This document shows, in pieces, positions 12,952 to 25,384 of a DNA stretch of 64,000 nt (position 1 is the first letter of the stretch; each line of letters opens with the position of its first letter). Below the pieces are notes generated by a model that saw nothing but the letters and a program-made list of their open reading frames with translations, was not told the origin of the DNA and did not search any database. Source of the stretch: Batkoa obscura (Eukaryota); contig JASVEC010000014.1 in assembly GCA_030770535.1 (NCBI GenBank), positions 372,001 through 436,000 on the forward strand. Direction: 5' to 3'. Made by a program: the position numbers and the translations under genes.

Positions 12952-13101
12952 CACGGCTATACTAAGAAATTTTTTAAATAGACTGAAATAGTAAAAATTG
13001 TTAATAATTTTTACAATGTTTTAAATTTTGTTCACTTGTTGAAAGTTTTGTCGAATTTTTCTTACTTTAGTTTGTTTAAATATCTTTTTACTATAGCCGT
13101 A
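12952..13101. mobile_element. ~150-bp palindromic foldback MITE (family B)
   Basis: Imperfect palindrome over its whole length: (c)acggctatactaagaaattttttaaatagactgaa vs reverse complement of right end tacggctatagtaaaaagatatttaaacaaactaaa. Confidence 0.6.
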
Positions 13102-13284
13102 GTAGGTAAAAATACTGTACTAATTTTGATAGATCCAACATTTTAAAATCCAACCCCAAATCTCAAGAATATTGAATTTTTAAATTTTGATTTCGAGTCC
13201 ACCAATGAGAACCATCATCTATAACAAACTAGAATTTCGATTAACTAAAAGCTATTAGTCTTGAATATTTGAACTACAAAAAAG

Positions 13285-16118
13285 ATGAGTTCTGATAGTG
13301 AAATTGATATCGCTGATGCATTAATTCCCAAATATGAAGAGAGTACTACTAAGTCCTCCAAAGGAAACAAAAAATCGGATAATTTAGATATGGCTGATTT
13401 AGGAGATGAAGATGAAGATAACAACCTACGCAGCATAATAACGAAAAAAAAGAAACTTACTGGAGGTGGTTTCCAATCCATGGGCTTATCCTCCTTTTTA
13501 TTAAAATCCATTCAAAAAAAAGGGTATAAACAACCCACGCCAATTCAGAGAAAATGTATACCATTAATTATGGAAAATTTAGATCTAGTGGGTATGGCTC
13601 GTACCGGTTCTGGAAAAACAGCGGCTTTTGTTATTCCTTTAATAGAAAAGTTAAAAACCCATAGTTCCATTGTTGGTGCTAGAGGTTTGATTTTTTCGAC
13701 TAATAGAGAGTTAGCGTTTCAAACGGCTAAAGTAGTATCTGAGCTTTCAAAAGGTACAGATATTAGAAATTGTGCTATTGTTGGTGGTGAATCCATGGAA
13801 GAACAATATAATTTATTGGCTGGAAATCCGGATATGTGAGTAGTTTCCTTATTTTTGTATATTAATTGTTTATTTTTTTATATTATAGTATTATTGCTAC
13901 ACCAGGTCGATTACTACATTTAGTTGTTGAAATGGAAATTGATTTAAGAACTATTGAATATGTAGTATTTGATGAAGCTGATAGGCAAGCTTTTATATAT
14001 AGTGGTAAATTAAACTTATTTAATACTTATTGTTTATTTTTAGATTATTTGAAATGGGTTTTGATGTTCAATTAAGAGAATTATTATCACGTTTACCAGC
14101 ATCTAGACAAACTTTATTATTTTCAGCTACTTTACCAAAAAATTTAGTTGAATTTGCTAAGGCTGGCTTACAAGATCCTACTCTTGTTCGTTTGGATGCT
14201 GATACTAAAATTAGTCAGGATTTGGAGGTAATTAATAATGATTCATTAACTTAAATTAAGTAATAACGTTAATAATAATATAAAATAGATGGCCTTTTTC
14301 AGTGTTAAGCAAGATGTTAAAGAAGCAGCATTACTATATTTATTAAGAGAAGTCATCAAATGTCCAAAATCAAATGAAGTTGATAAAACAATTGAAAAAA
14401 AAGATAAAAAGAAAAAAGAATATTTCAAACCAATTTATCCTAATCAAAGTATTATATTTGTATCAACCAAACATCATGTAGATTATATAGCTACCTTATT
14501 AGAAGAAGCAGGGTATGATTGTGGAAAATTATATGGATCAATGGATCAAACAGCACGTCAAATTCAAATTCAAGATTTTCGTAATCAACAAGTACCATTG
14601 TTCGTAGTAACTGATGTAGCTGCTCGTGGTATTGATATCCCTATTTTGGAAAATGTAATTAATTACGATTTTGTTGATCAAGCTAAAGTATTTGTACATC
14701 GAGTTGGACGTGTAGCACGTGCAGGTAAAAGAGGATGGGCTTATTCTTTTGTTACTATGGATGAATTGGCTTATTTTTATGATTTACAATTATTTTTGGG
14801 AAGGCCATTAATTACTGCTGCTCAAATTTCAGAAGATATGATTGATGATATTGATTATACTACAGATGTTGTTATTGGCACTTTAGCTAATGAAATTTCT
14901 TTAGTTGATGATATTGAATGGTTACATAATAAATTTAACAATATTGAAATTGAAGGTTTAAGAAAAGTAGCTATTAATGGTTCTAAAATGTTTAGGAAAT
15001 CTAGAAAATCAGTGGTAGCTGCTAGAGAATCTCATCAAAAAGCAAAGGAATTATTGCGCTCTGGCCAATTGGAAGAAATTCATCCATTATTAAGTAAGCT
15101 TATTAATTATATTGCTAGTTTAATATTAATAAATTATGATTTTAGTTCGTAATATAAAGGAAGAAGAAAAAGATGCTAGTGAATTTTTAAAGGGTATTTC
15201 TGGATTTAAACCAAGAGAAGTAAGTCATAATTTAGTCATTGTTTTAAAAATGCTTAAATCAATTATAGACAATTTTCGAAGTAAAAGCCAGAGGAACTAA
15301 AAAGGCAACACCAGCATCGGAAGCGATGAAAAAGAGACGCAGCTATTTAGATGATAAAATAGTAGATTATAGACATCAACAAAAAGAATTATCACATATC
15401 AAACCCGTTACATTATCTCAAAAATCAAAAAGTAATTTGGAAACTGTAGAAACATCTGAATTAGAAAAAGTGTTCAAAGTAGTTACTAATAATAAATCTT
15501 CGAGAAATACTAAAAAAGATGAGGAAAATTATATCTCTTATTATCAGAAGGATGCTTATACTGAAAAAGGATATTCATTACAATCTGGGTCATTTGAAAA
15601 ACAAACAATGCATGCTACACTAGATTTAACGGGTGATGATCGAGCTACTGAACAATTTAAACAAAATCAATTACGTTGGGATAAAAAGAAAAAGAAATTT
15701 GTTAGAGGGGATGGTACTGGGGCAGATAATAAAAAATTATTAAAAACAGAATCAGGGAATAAAATCCAAGCGTCTTTTAAAAAGGGGAAGTAAGTAGTTT
15801 TATTAGAATAAAAACAAATATATGGGTACTAATATTTTTTGTTTTAGTTTTGCAGAATGGCAACGTAAACAAGGAGTCAATATGCCTAAAGTTGGAGATA
15901 TAGAGATGAGTGGATCTAATAAAAAATTACAAGATGCTAAATTAAAGAGAAGATTCAAACATCATACTAAAGAAGTATCAAATGATAATAAAAAGATTAA
16001 GAGTGAATTAAAGAGTTCCACTGAAATTCGTAAAGAAAGAGAAAAGAAAGAACAAAGAAGATTAAAAACTGGAAGACATAAACCTAAAGGTGGTAACAAG
16101 AATAATAAACGTCATTAA
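13285..16118 (+). CDS. DBP10: DEAD-box RNA helicase Dbp10/DDX54, ~7 exons
   Basis: [40 protein letters not shown] and the DBP10CT-like WDKKKKKFV. Confidence 0.95.
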
Positions 16119-16233
16119 GTTGATGGTTAATTAGAGAAGCTGTTTTAAAATAATAACAAAGTTTAGGTTTTCTTGTTTAATAGAATAAAAAAAATAGATT
16201 TAATTAAATTCTTTATTTTTTATATTGTTATAT

Positions 16234-18505
16234 TTATTGTAATTTATTAAATAAATTTAATAAAGTATATTTCAATTCATTTAAGTTTACTTTAATACAA
16301 GATAAATCTTGTCGATTATAAACTTCAATAATTTCATGAGTAATAAAATCCTCTCTTAATCTTAATTGAATTGGAACACCAATTAGTTCCCAATCTTTTA
16401 ACTTAAATCCATTAGATACTTGTTTTCTATCTTCTAATATTATATCCTCCTTATTTAATTTATTACTATTTTGCATTACTTTTTCTAACTCTAAGTAAAC
16501 ATCCCTTAGTTTCTCTACTTCTACTTCTTCTTTTCCTTTAAACAAAGGCATCACTATTATCTTATAAGGGGCAATACTTATTGGCCATTGAATACCATTA
16601 TTATCTGATTTTGCTTCAATAATAGCTGCTAATAATCTAGAAATACCAATCCCAAAACAACCCATTGAAAATGGAATTTGTTGAGTAGAAGATCTGGGTT
16701 GATAAGTAGCTTCTAAAGGTTTTGAAAACCAATCTTCTAAATGAAAAGTATGGGCTACTTCTATAGCTTTACTTGAATCCAAAGGATGAGAACAGTTTGA
16801 GCAGGGTTCATTGAAGCTCGCATTGCGGATATCTCGTAGAGCATAATGTATGGTGGATTCGGTTAAATAAGTAACAAATGGATGAGATCTTAAACTTTCA
16901 TCAATAATAAGTTGAGTGTTTTTTAATGAATTATTATTCAAGTTTATATTAATTTCTTTTGATACTAATGAAAATTCGGATTCTCCAGCAAGATCTAATT
17001 TGATTATATTAATATCACTATCCTTTGGTATAATTGTTAATACACTATTATCTTCTTTTCCCTTATATAATTGGATATTTAAATTTTGATATAATTCTTC
17101 TGTGATTGTTATAGTAGAACCATTGTTGTTATTGTTTTGAATTACTGTTTCTAATAATTCAATTTCTTTTTTATTAGTTCTATCATTGATTGTAATAGAT
17201 TCAACTTTAAGTGTAGTTGCATCTAAACTAGATTTAGCTAATTCTTGGTTAGCTGCATAACCACAGTTAGAACACATTAACACAGTATCTTCACCAGCTA
17301 ATAAAATTGTTTTGTTATTATTACTAAATTATAGTGAATCAAGTTTACCTTCTGATAATATATGATATTCATGAGAAAGATAGCCACCAATTTTACCTGT
17401 ATCTGCTTCTACCTATTTCATTATTAAAAAATGTTAATGCATTATTATTATTGTGTAGTTAAATAATAATTACTTACACAACGATAAGGAACATTGATTT
17501 TATTAAAAATATTTTTGTAAATTTGATTAACTTGATGATAAGTAATTAAAGAATGTTCACTATCTATATCAAATGTATATAAATCTTTCATAATAAACTC
17601 TCGGCTTCTTAATAAACCTGAACGTGGTCGCATTTCATCACGATATTTTTTGCCTATATAGTAAATATTAAATAAAAATAAAAATAAAAATTTATTGTAT
17701 TTCTATTAAACTTACCAATTTGATAAACTTTAACTGGTAACTGTCGATAAGATTGTACTAATTGATCTATTAAATTAGCCATTTCTTCTTCAAAAGTTGG
17801 TGATAAACATAAATCATTATCCTTTCTATCTTTTAAACGAAATAACTAATAATAAGAACATATGAATATCAAACGAAATAAGATACTATTATTTACCTCT
17901 TTGTCCATTTCTTCCCATCTACCTGTTTTTTTCCATAGATTAGCACTAGACAATATTGGTAAATCTACTGGTTGACAACCTATTTTGTTTATTTTATTAT
18001 TATATTGTTATTATTAAACTACTCTATTCTATTAATCTAACTAATTTAGTTCATTTATAAATTAATTGACTTACCTCCATCTTCTAATTCATTAATAACA
18101 ATTTGCTTTAATTTTCTAATGGATTTCATTGCCATTGGTAATAAACTATATAGACCAGAAGAAGTCTAAGTAGATTAAATTAACTATGCTTTATTTAAAG
18201 AGGAAAACTTATTTTTTTAAATAGAAATGGAATATGATTTTGATTTACCTGTCTAATCAGCCCAGCTCTTAACATCAACTCATGAGATTTTGTATATTTT
18301 TCATTTACTTTTTTTAATGTTGGTAATAATAAATCACTTGCTTTTTTAGGTTGAAATGATGTGGTTAAAGCTATCTAATTAAAATATCATAAAATAAAAC
18401 TTAAAATAATACAAAACGTCTACTTACTCTATTTGTTGAGAACGGTTTTATTAAATTTAAATTTAAATTAGGTTTGTTTTTACAGAGTTTTGAAAGCATT
18501 ATCAT
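16234..18505 (-). CDS. AIM10: Mitochondrial (bacterial-type) prolyl-tRNA synthetase, multi-exon
   Basis: LRAGLIRQ, LSPTFEEE, YRDEMRPRSGLLRSREFIMKDLYTFD, IEVAHTF, MGCFGIGISRL and an anticodon-binding domain; basic N-terminal presequence. Start is 18505 or 18499. Confidence 0.88.
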
Positions 18506-19065
18506 TGAGATAAGTTTTAAAAAATTGTTTTTTGAGTTTTTTTGATGATTATTTGAATTGATTCATGGGATTATTCGTAGATGCGAGACTGCTTTTTGTA
18601 ATTTTTTAAAGGGATAAATTTGGTATATTAATCAAATTTCAATATTAATATTAAAATTTAATTTTATGCATCAAAAATTATAATAACATAAAAATGTGTA
18701 TTTGCTAATTTTCGTAATTTTATATTTTTACATTTATTTGTTTATTGTTCTATTCATGGCTTCTATTACTTTATCCCATTTTATTTCAAAAATCAATAAG
18801 CTAAAATTTAAATATTGAAATGTTTAATAAAATAGACATATTTCGAATAATATATAATTCCATAAATCCTGCCATCAAAAATGCTTAGCTACAGCAAGTA
18901 TATCAATATTTCTTATCATATCAAGTTAAAAAGTACAAAAATCCTTTTTCATAATAAGATAATAAAAAACTCCTACTAATTGATTGGTTCCTTATAACTA
19001 AAGCTTTAATAAAGCTTGATATAACCCATTTATTACCATTTACTTCTTTTTTATTTTAACTAGCA

Positions 19066-21357
19066 ATGAAAGCGAGCACCTTACAATTCTTATGGCATTG
19101 TAAGGACCCAATCTATTCCTTAGATTTCCATCCCAATATAAAAGATTATTTTGCTACTTGTGGAAGTGATAGTACTGTTAGAGTAAGTCAAAATTGATTT
19201 CATTTCATTTACATCCTATCAATATTACTCAACTTAATAACTCACCTCATCTTACACATTAACTCAACTATTCCTTTTTTTTTTTGCAGTTATGGCGTTT
19301 AGTCCCTAGAGGAGAAGAAGTATTCCCAATAGTTAATGAAGGTTTAAAAAAGAATAAAAAAGATCCGTTAGTAATAGATTTTTCAAAAAATGAAATATCA
19401 AAATCAAAGCAAGTGAAAGAGTTACCATTAACCATAGAATATATGGCTACTTTATCAGGTCATAATGCACCTGTTAACGTAGTTAAATTTTCACCGGATG
19501 GTAAGTTAATTATTTGAAAACGGGATTTTAAGTTAATAAATTCTTTTATTTAAATAGGTTCAATGTTAGCATCCGCTGGAGATGGTAAGTTATTCGAATT
19601 CCGAATTATATTTATTTTATTAATTTTGTTAAAAGATGGTTCCATTTTATTATGGAAAAAGAAAGAAGATTTAGTAAGAGAAGATGGAAGTATAATACAA
19701 CAAGATAGTGGCATCAATAATAATATATCAGGGCAAGGAATAGACGAATATGCATTAGAAAGGTGGAAGACGGTGGCTGTGTTAAGGTAGTTTTACTTTC
19801 TCCTCCCCTACGTACATATTTTTAAAAAATTAATATGAATTTTATAAAATTTTAGAGGTTCACTATCAGATATTTACGATTTAACTTGGTCCCCAAATGG
19901 TCAATTTATTGTTACTGGTTCAGTCGATAATACAGCTAGAGTTTGGGATATTTCTACTAGTCGTTGTTTGGCTATTATTAATGAACATAAGCATTATATC
20001 CAAGGGGTTGCTTGGGACCCTTTAAATGAATACATTATTACTCAAAGTAGTGATAGGTAAATTATATTATTGCATTGCTATGTTATATTAACTAAATTAT
20101 TTATTAACACATTTTATTTTAATAGAACTGTTAAAATACATAAATTTCAATATAAATCAAGTTCAGGAACAATGATTATAAAGTGTGTGAATAGTAATTG
20201 GAAATTAGATTTTAAGGAGGACAAATTAAAAGAGATAAATAATAATAACGAAGAATTAAATAAAACAAATAATGCGTTTTATTATTTATACCAATCTGAA
20301 AATTTAAAATCTTTTTTTAGGAGACCAGATTTTACTCCAGATGGTTCATTAGCTTTAACTCCAGCTGGTATCTTTAAAGAATCAGCAGATGATCAAGCTC
20401 ATTTTGTTGTTTATATTTATACTCGTGGAGCTATAGCAAAGTATGTTTATTTGTATTTGTTTCAATATTTGATATTAAATGATTAATTTTTTTAGCTCAC
20501 CAATATTAAAACTAAGTGGATTTGAACAACCACCTATCGCAATTAAAGCCTCACCAAGAGTATATAAAAAAATGGAATTTAATAATGGGCAAAGAGAAAT
20601 ATTAAATTTAGATTATCGTTGTGTATTTGCAGTTGCTACACAAAATTCCATTTTTATATATGATACTCAACATCTAAATCCAATTGCTTATGTTTCTAAT
20701 TTACATTTTGCTACTTTAACTGATCTTAGTTGGTAATAATAGTAACAATGTGAATAATATGAATACTAATATTAAATAAATTTTATTAGGTCACCCGATG
20801 GTAATACTTTATTAATAAGTTCTACGGATGGTTTTGTTTCAATGATACGATTTGAAGATCATGAATTGGGGATTCCATTGAATATAGCGTTCTCTAATAA
20901 TATTGTTAGTTTTGAAACAAAACCCAAAGTTTCTAATACAAAATCAGAAACAGTTAAAGTAGATACACCTGTAAAAATAGAAACACCAAAAATCAAAAAA
21001 GAAAAAAAGAAGAATGATAAAAATAAATTAATATCACCTACTAAAATAATGGATCATACGCCGACTAAAGGAATAAAGGTAGTAATGGAAGGAGAGAATA
21101 AAATGTCAAATAACACAGTTAGAAATTCAAAAGTAGAAAATATTAAACATTATCAATTTGTTAATATATTATCACCTAAAAAGAAACCAAAACAAAATAA
21201 AAATGACACACCAACAATACTACAAAATACAACTACAAATGAAGTAAAAGTTCAAGATGAAAATATAACAAGTGACATATTAAGCCCAAGTAAATTAAAA
21301 AAAAGGATAGTACCAACTCTGATATCTTCTCCGAGTACTAAACCATCTAAAAATTAA
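19066..21357 (+). CDS. CAC2: Chromatin assembly factor 1 subunit p60 (WD40), multi-exon
   Basis: MKASTLQFLWH..PIYSLDFHP, IYDLTWSP, EHKHYIQGVAWDP, SFFRRPDFTPDG, YRCVFAVAT, LHFATLTDLSWS, C-terminal B-domain-like KKRIVPTLI. Confidence 0.92.
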
Positions 21358-21457
21358 TAAATAAAAGTATGTTAAAGACAAATATTAAACTCTATTTAAT
21401 TAGAAGATAAATTTTATAGTAATAAATACCATTATTTTTTAATTGAAAATTGAATAC

Positions 21458-22695
21458 TTATTCAGACTTAAGGAGTTCAACGAACTTAGTGTTCTTGACC
21501 TTCTTTGAAGTTTTCTTATAAGTACCATCAGCCTTTTGTTTTAAGATAGCAGCATGACGTTGACGTTCAGCTTTTTTAGCATTATAAGCATATGGGTTAA
21601 GAGCAAATAAAGCTTTGTTGTTGGCAAGTGGATTAGCTTTAGCAACTTTAGATTTACCTTGGACTTTGGCAGCTCTAACGACAGCTTGAATTTCTTCGCT
21701 ATCAATGATACGACCAATATCAGTGTTAGATACGGAAGAATATGGGAGGGAGAAGTTCTTCTTGATAGAAGCTTGTTCATAAGTACCATAAATAGTATCT
21801 AAAGCTTTGAAAGCATCTTGAGTCCAGATGACAAAACGTCCACAGTGACCTCCTGGAGCTAACTGTAATAAATTTAATTTGTTAACATTAGCTAATTCAA
21901 CACCTGGTAAATTTCTGAAAGCACGGGTAATACCTTCATCTTTGTTATAGATAACTAATGGACCACGTCTTTGACGATGACGACGGTTTCTTAATTTACC
22001 TTTACCAGCACGGATAGATCTGGAGTTAGCAACTTTAACAACATCATTATAAGCGTTTAAAGCTTTTAAGACAGTAACAGCTTCTTTAGTTTTTTGTAAT
22101 TTTTCAACGGAAGAAGATACAACTAATGGAACTTCTGGGATTTGTTCAATACGATGACCACGAGCTAATAAAAGTGGAGCAACAGCAGTAGCAGCGATAG
22201 CTGAAGCAGTAGCAACTCTTCTAGTATTCAAGTTGGTCTTTACATGCCACTTACGCCAGATTTTAGTTGGAGCAAACATACGACCACCACGGCACATATT
22301 ACCAAAAGCAGCTTGACCAGCACGATGAGTACCTCCACCAGATACACGTGGAATACGGGCAACGGCACGACCAGTACCCCAAGATTCAGCTGAAGTTTGA
22401 TGACCAGCTTTTTCGCTTACGGCGTAAGGTTGTCTCTTGTTTTTAGCCATATTAGTGTGGACATGTTGGATAAGATAAGGACGGATATCTACTTTGAAAA
22501 CGGCTTGCATTGGTACTTCACCAACTAATGCGTTGGATTCATCATATACATTTACTACTGGACGAATGGCAGCCTAAATGGAATTTGTTATTATATATTT
22601 TTTTTACGTTTTTTATATAGATGCATCCATCTTCATATTCGATGTAGCTATAGATCGTCGTTTATTTTATTTGATTCTGTCTTTATACATACCAT
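21458..22695 (-). CDS. RPL4: 60S ribosomal protein L4 (uL4); ATG-only first exon
   Basis: [25 protein letters not shown] at 22695-22693, intron GTATGT...TTAG 22692-22575, then [10 protein letters not shown]. Confidence 0.96.
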
Positions 22696-23233
22696 TTGTT
22701 TTTATAAACTTTGAGGAGAGGAAGTTTCACCTGGTAGCGAGCCTTTACATCAAAGCTTGTTGTTTCTCGATGAACTGGTATTTCTTTTTAGCCAATTAAA
22801 TAGGGTCATTATCCTTTTAATTGGCAATAAAATGTGTTCTATTTACAGAATAATTTTGAAGTTCGAAATAGACTTAGAATTTTTAATTACGAATTTTTTT
22901 AATATTGTTTCCTTTTTAAAAATAAACTTATCATTTAATGATGGAGTATTTAAATTAGAATATAGTGAGCAACTTTCAATAGAAGAAAAGGAAGATTGAT
23001 TTAAACTAAGTATGAAGATGATGTAACAGAGAATGAACAAGACTAGAGAATGATAAGATCCTAAGTATAATAAATAAAAACAAATTTTGCGATGATGAAA
23101 CGATTGTAAAGGATGTAAATTCCATGTATGAATTTTGATCTTGTAGTATTTGTTAATAAACATTACCATCATCTAAAAACACAAGAGTAATAGTTGATTG
23201 TGTAAATATGAATGTAAGAACGATATAATATAA

Positions 23234-23281
23234 GCGATAATAAAATTCATGGAACGATAATAAAATTCATGGAACGATAAT
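23234..23281 (+). repeat. 20-bp tandem duplication CGATAATAAAATTCATGGAA x2.4
   Basis: Directly visible. Confidence 0.7.
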
Positions 23282-23419
23282 CATGTCATATATAGATGTC
23301 TTAAATTCAAGACCTATGAAAGTAACATGTAGTACATTATTTTTTTAAAAATACTATAAAAGTTTAAAGATTTAGTTTCAATTTATTTATTAAAGTAATC
23401 TATCAAAATGAGAAACAAT

Positions 23420-24862
23420 TTAGGAAGATTTTGAAATTTTAAAGGGATGAGCTTCAGTATTAAATACCCAATCGTTAAGGTTAAGGGTATTTTTAGGGGC
23501 TTGGATAAGATATAAATACTTGAATGTCTCAGCATAAAAAAAGGATTGCATTACGTTTTCTTGATTTTCTGATTTCTCTCTAGAGTTCACATCTTTATAT
23601 TCAGTAAACCCAAACTTACTTTTTGAAAACTTTTGGAACGCTAAAAATAAATTCCAACTACGATCTTGATATTTTTTATCCCCAGTATATAGATAAGCAT
23701 AATATAAGGACTCTGATAACTCAGGTCGTAAGAAGTTGGCTGGATTAATAAATTCAATTTCTAAATTACTAAACTTTGTATTTTCAGGTGCTAAATTGGT
23801 TTCTGATAATTCAGGTATAATACTATAAGTTTCTAATAGATCTAAAGCTATCTTTTTCAAACCTTTATCTGGTAAATGATCATTTCCTAACAATAACATC
23901 CCAGGAACAAAAAATTCCAAGTGGTGCATCTCTGGTATTAACTTATTATCATTACCAGTATGACCTAAACATTGATGTCCTTTATAACAAGTGGTCAATA
24001 GTTTTTCTTTCATTTTAACCATACTATCATCAAACATACGGAGATATTTATTTCTAACTTTATCTTGAGGTCCAAGCATGATATATAACTTAATCAAATA
24101 TTCGAAAAAGGAATCAGCACCACCACCTAAACCAAAAGCATTTGTTGAATAATCTCCTGTTTCAACATTAACTTCCATATTATAAAGTCCACGATCTTTT
24201 TTCTTTCTATCTAAAACATCATATACATTATTTGCAATTTGACGATATTTATTATCTCCAGTAATTAAGCTGAGTCTAGTAAATTCTAACTGACAAGTAC
24301 CAACATTGGCTAAAGAAGCAAAGGTATCCTTAACTGGTTTACCAGTTCTAAAATCAAAAGTAACATAAGGAAGTCCAGAAGGAGAACTAAAATCATTTAG
24401 CATAGCATCAGCCAAATCTTTAGCTTTATCCAACAATATCTTTTCACCCGATAAATCATAAGCTGAAATCAAACCACCTAAATAACGGATAGTAATTTCA
24501 AAAAAAGATAATTTTTGTGCCCCACGTTTGTAATCACTATGACTCACTACTTCAACAGCTTCTTTAAATTCTTTTTTTAAACCCATTAGCCATAAGGTAT
24601 CTAAAGAATCTACTAAAGTTACTCCCCACCCATTCCAAGTATTATTAATCATTTTTCCATCCATCGGTCCTATCTCATCGGCCCCCATAGCTACCTTACG
24701 ATATTTATCCCAGCTTTGGCTGAATTCATCTCTTATGACACGTGTACGATAAGCTTCCACATCTAACTTGGAATGAAACTCAGAATCGGAGATAAATTCT
24801 TCACGGTTTATAGAAAAGATGGTAGAAGTAAAATAAACTAGATAGAGTAAAATAGTAAACAT
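23420..24862 (-). CDS. Class I alpha-1,2-mannosidase (GH47), intronless, signal peptide
   Basis: LVDSLDTL, FEITIRYLGGL, GADSFFEY, LRPELSES, SFFYAETFKYLYL, FNTEAHP; catalytic acidic residues present. Confidence 0.93.
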   Translation of the reverse strand: MFTILLYLVYFTSTIFSINREEFISDSEFHSKLDVEAYRTRVIRDEFSQSWDKYRKVAMGADEIGPMDGKMINNTWNGWGVTLVDSLDTLWLMGLKKEFKEAVEVVSHSDYKRGAQKLSFFEITIRYLGGLISAYDLSGEKILLDKAKDLADAMLNDFSSPSGLPYVTFDFRTGKPVKDTFASLANVGTCQLEFTRLSLITGDNKYRQIANNVYDVLDRKKKDRGLYNMEVNVETGDYSTNAFGLGGGADSFFEYLIKLYIMLGPQDKVRNKYLRMFDDSMVKMKEKLLTTCYKGHQCLGHTGNDNKLIPEMHHLEFFVPGMLLLGNDHLPDKGLKKIALDLLETYSIIPELSETNLAPENTKFSNLEIEFINPANFLRPELSESLYYAYLYTGDKKYQDRSWNLFLAFQKFSKSKFGFTEYKDVNSREKSENQENVMQSFFYAETFKYLYLIQAPKNTLNLNDWVFNTEAHPFKISKSS

Positions 24863-25225
24863 TTGATAATCAAAATTAACAAAGAAGGAAAATAGCGGAT
24901 TAATAACTCGTTTTTATTTATTACAAGTTTAAAAACTATTATTTAATAATGACCCTTATGTTTTATTACCGTTGATGAAACGGTTGTCTAGTTGATTGAA
25001 AAACATGAATTTTTTTTAATTCAATTTTTTTTGGTAAATTAGCATTATCAATTACTTAATTAAGGAATTTAAATTAAGGTTTTTAATTAAAAATTACAAG
25101 TCGAATGCTTAAATTTCTAAGTTTTTAAATTTTTTAATGCTACAAAATATGTTTATACTTTGTTATTTAACTTCGTTAAAGCTGATTCTATTCAAATAAA
25201 AAACAATCATAAAATAAAAGCATAT

Positions 25226-25319
25226 GGAAATGTATTTTTTTAAATAATTTTACTATCAGTTTTTCTTCTCAAATAGTGCCTAAAAATAGAAAAGTGATGA
25301 AACCAAAAAAAACATTCTC
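25226..25319 (+). mobile_element. MITE family A, copy 8
   Basis: GGAAATGTATTTT...ACATTCTC; ATAT/ATAT flanks; ~65 bp past the RhoGEF stop. Confidence 0.8.
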
Positions 25320-25384
25320 ATATGTTAAGACGGGTAACAGACGATACAATAAAAAATTATTATTAAAATAAACAAAGTTAAATA

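Noticed and set aside
22578..23172. ORF-track ORFs of 73, 80 and 109 aa upstream of RPL4
   Set aside because: No recognisable motif, F/I/L/Y-rich composition typical of AT-rich noise, and overlap with the RPL4 intron and promoter.
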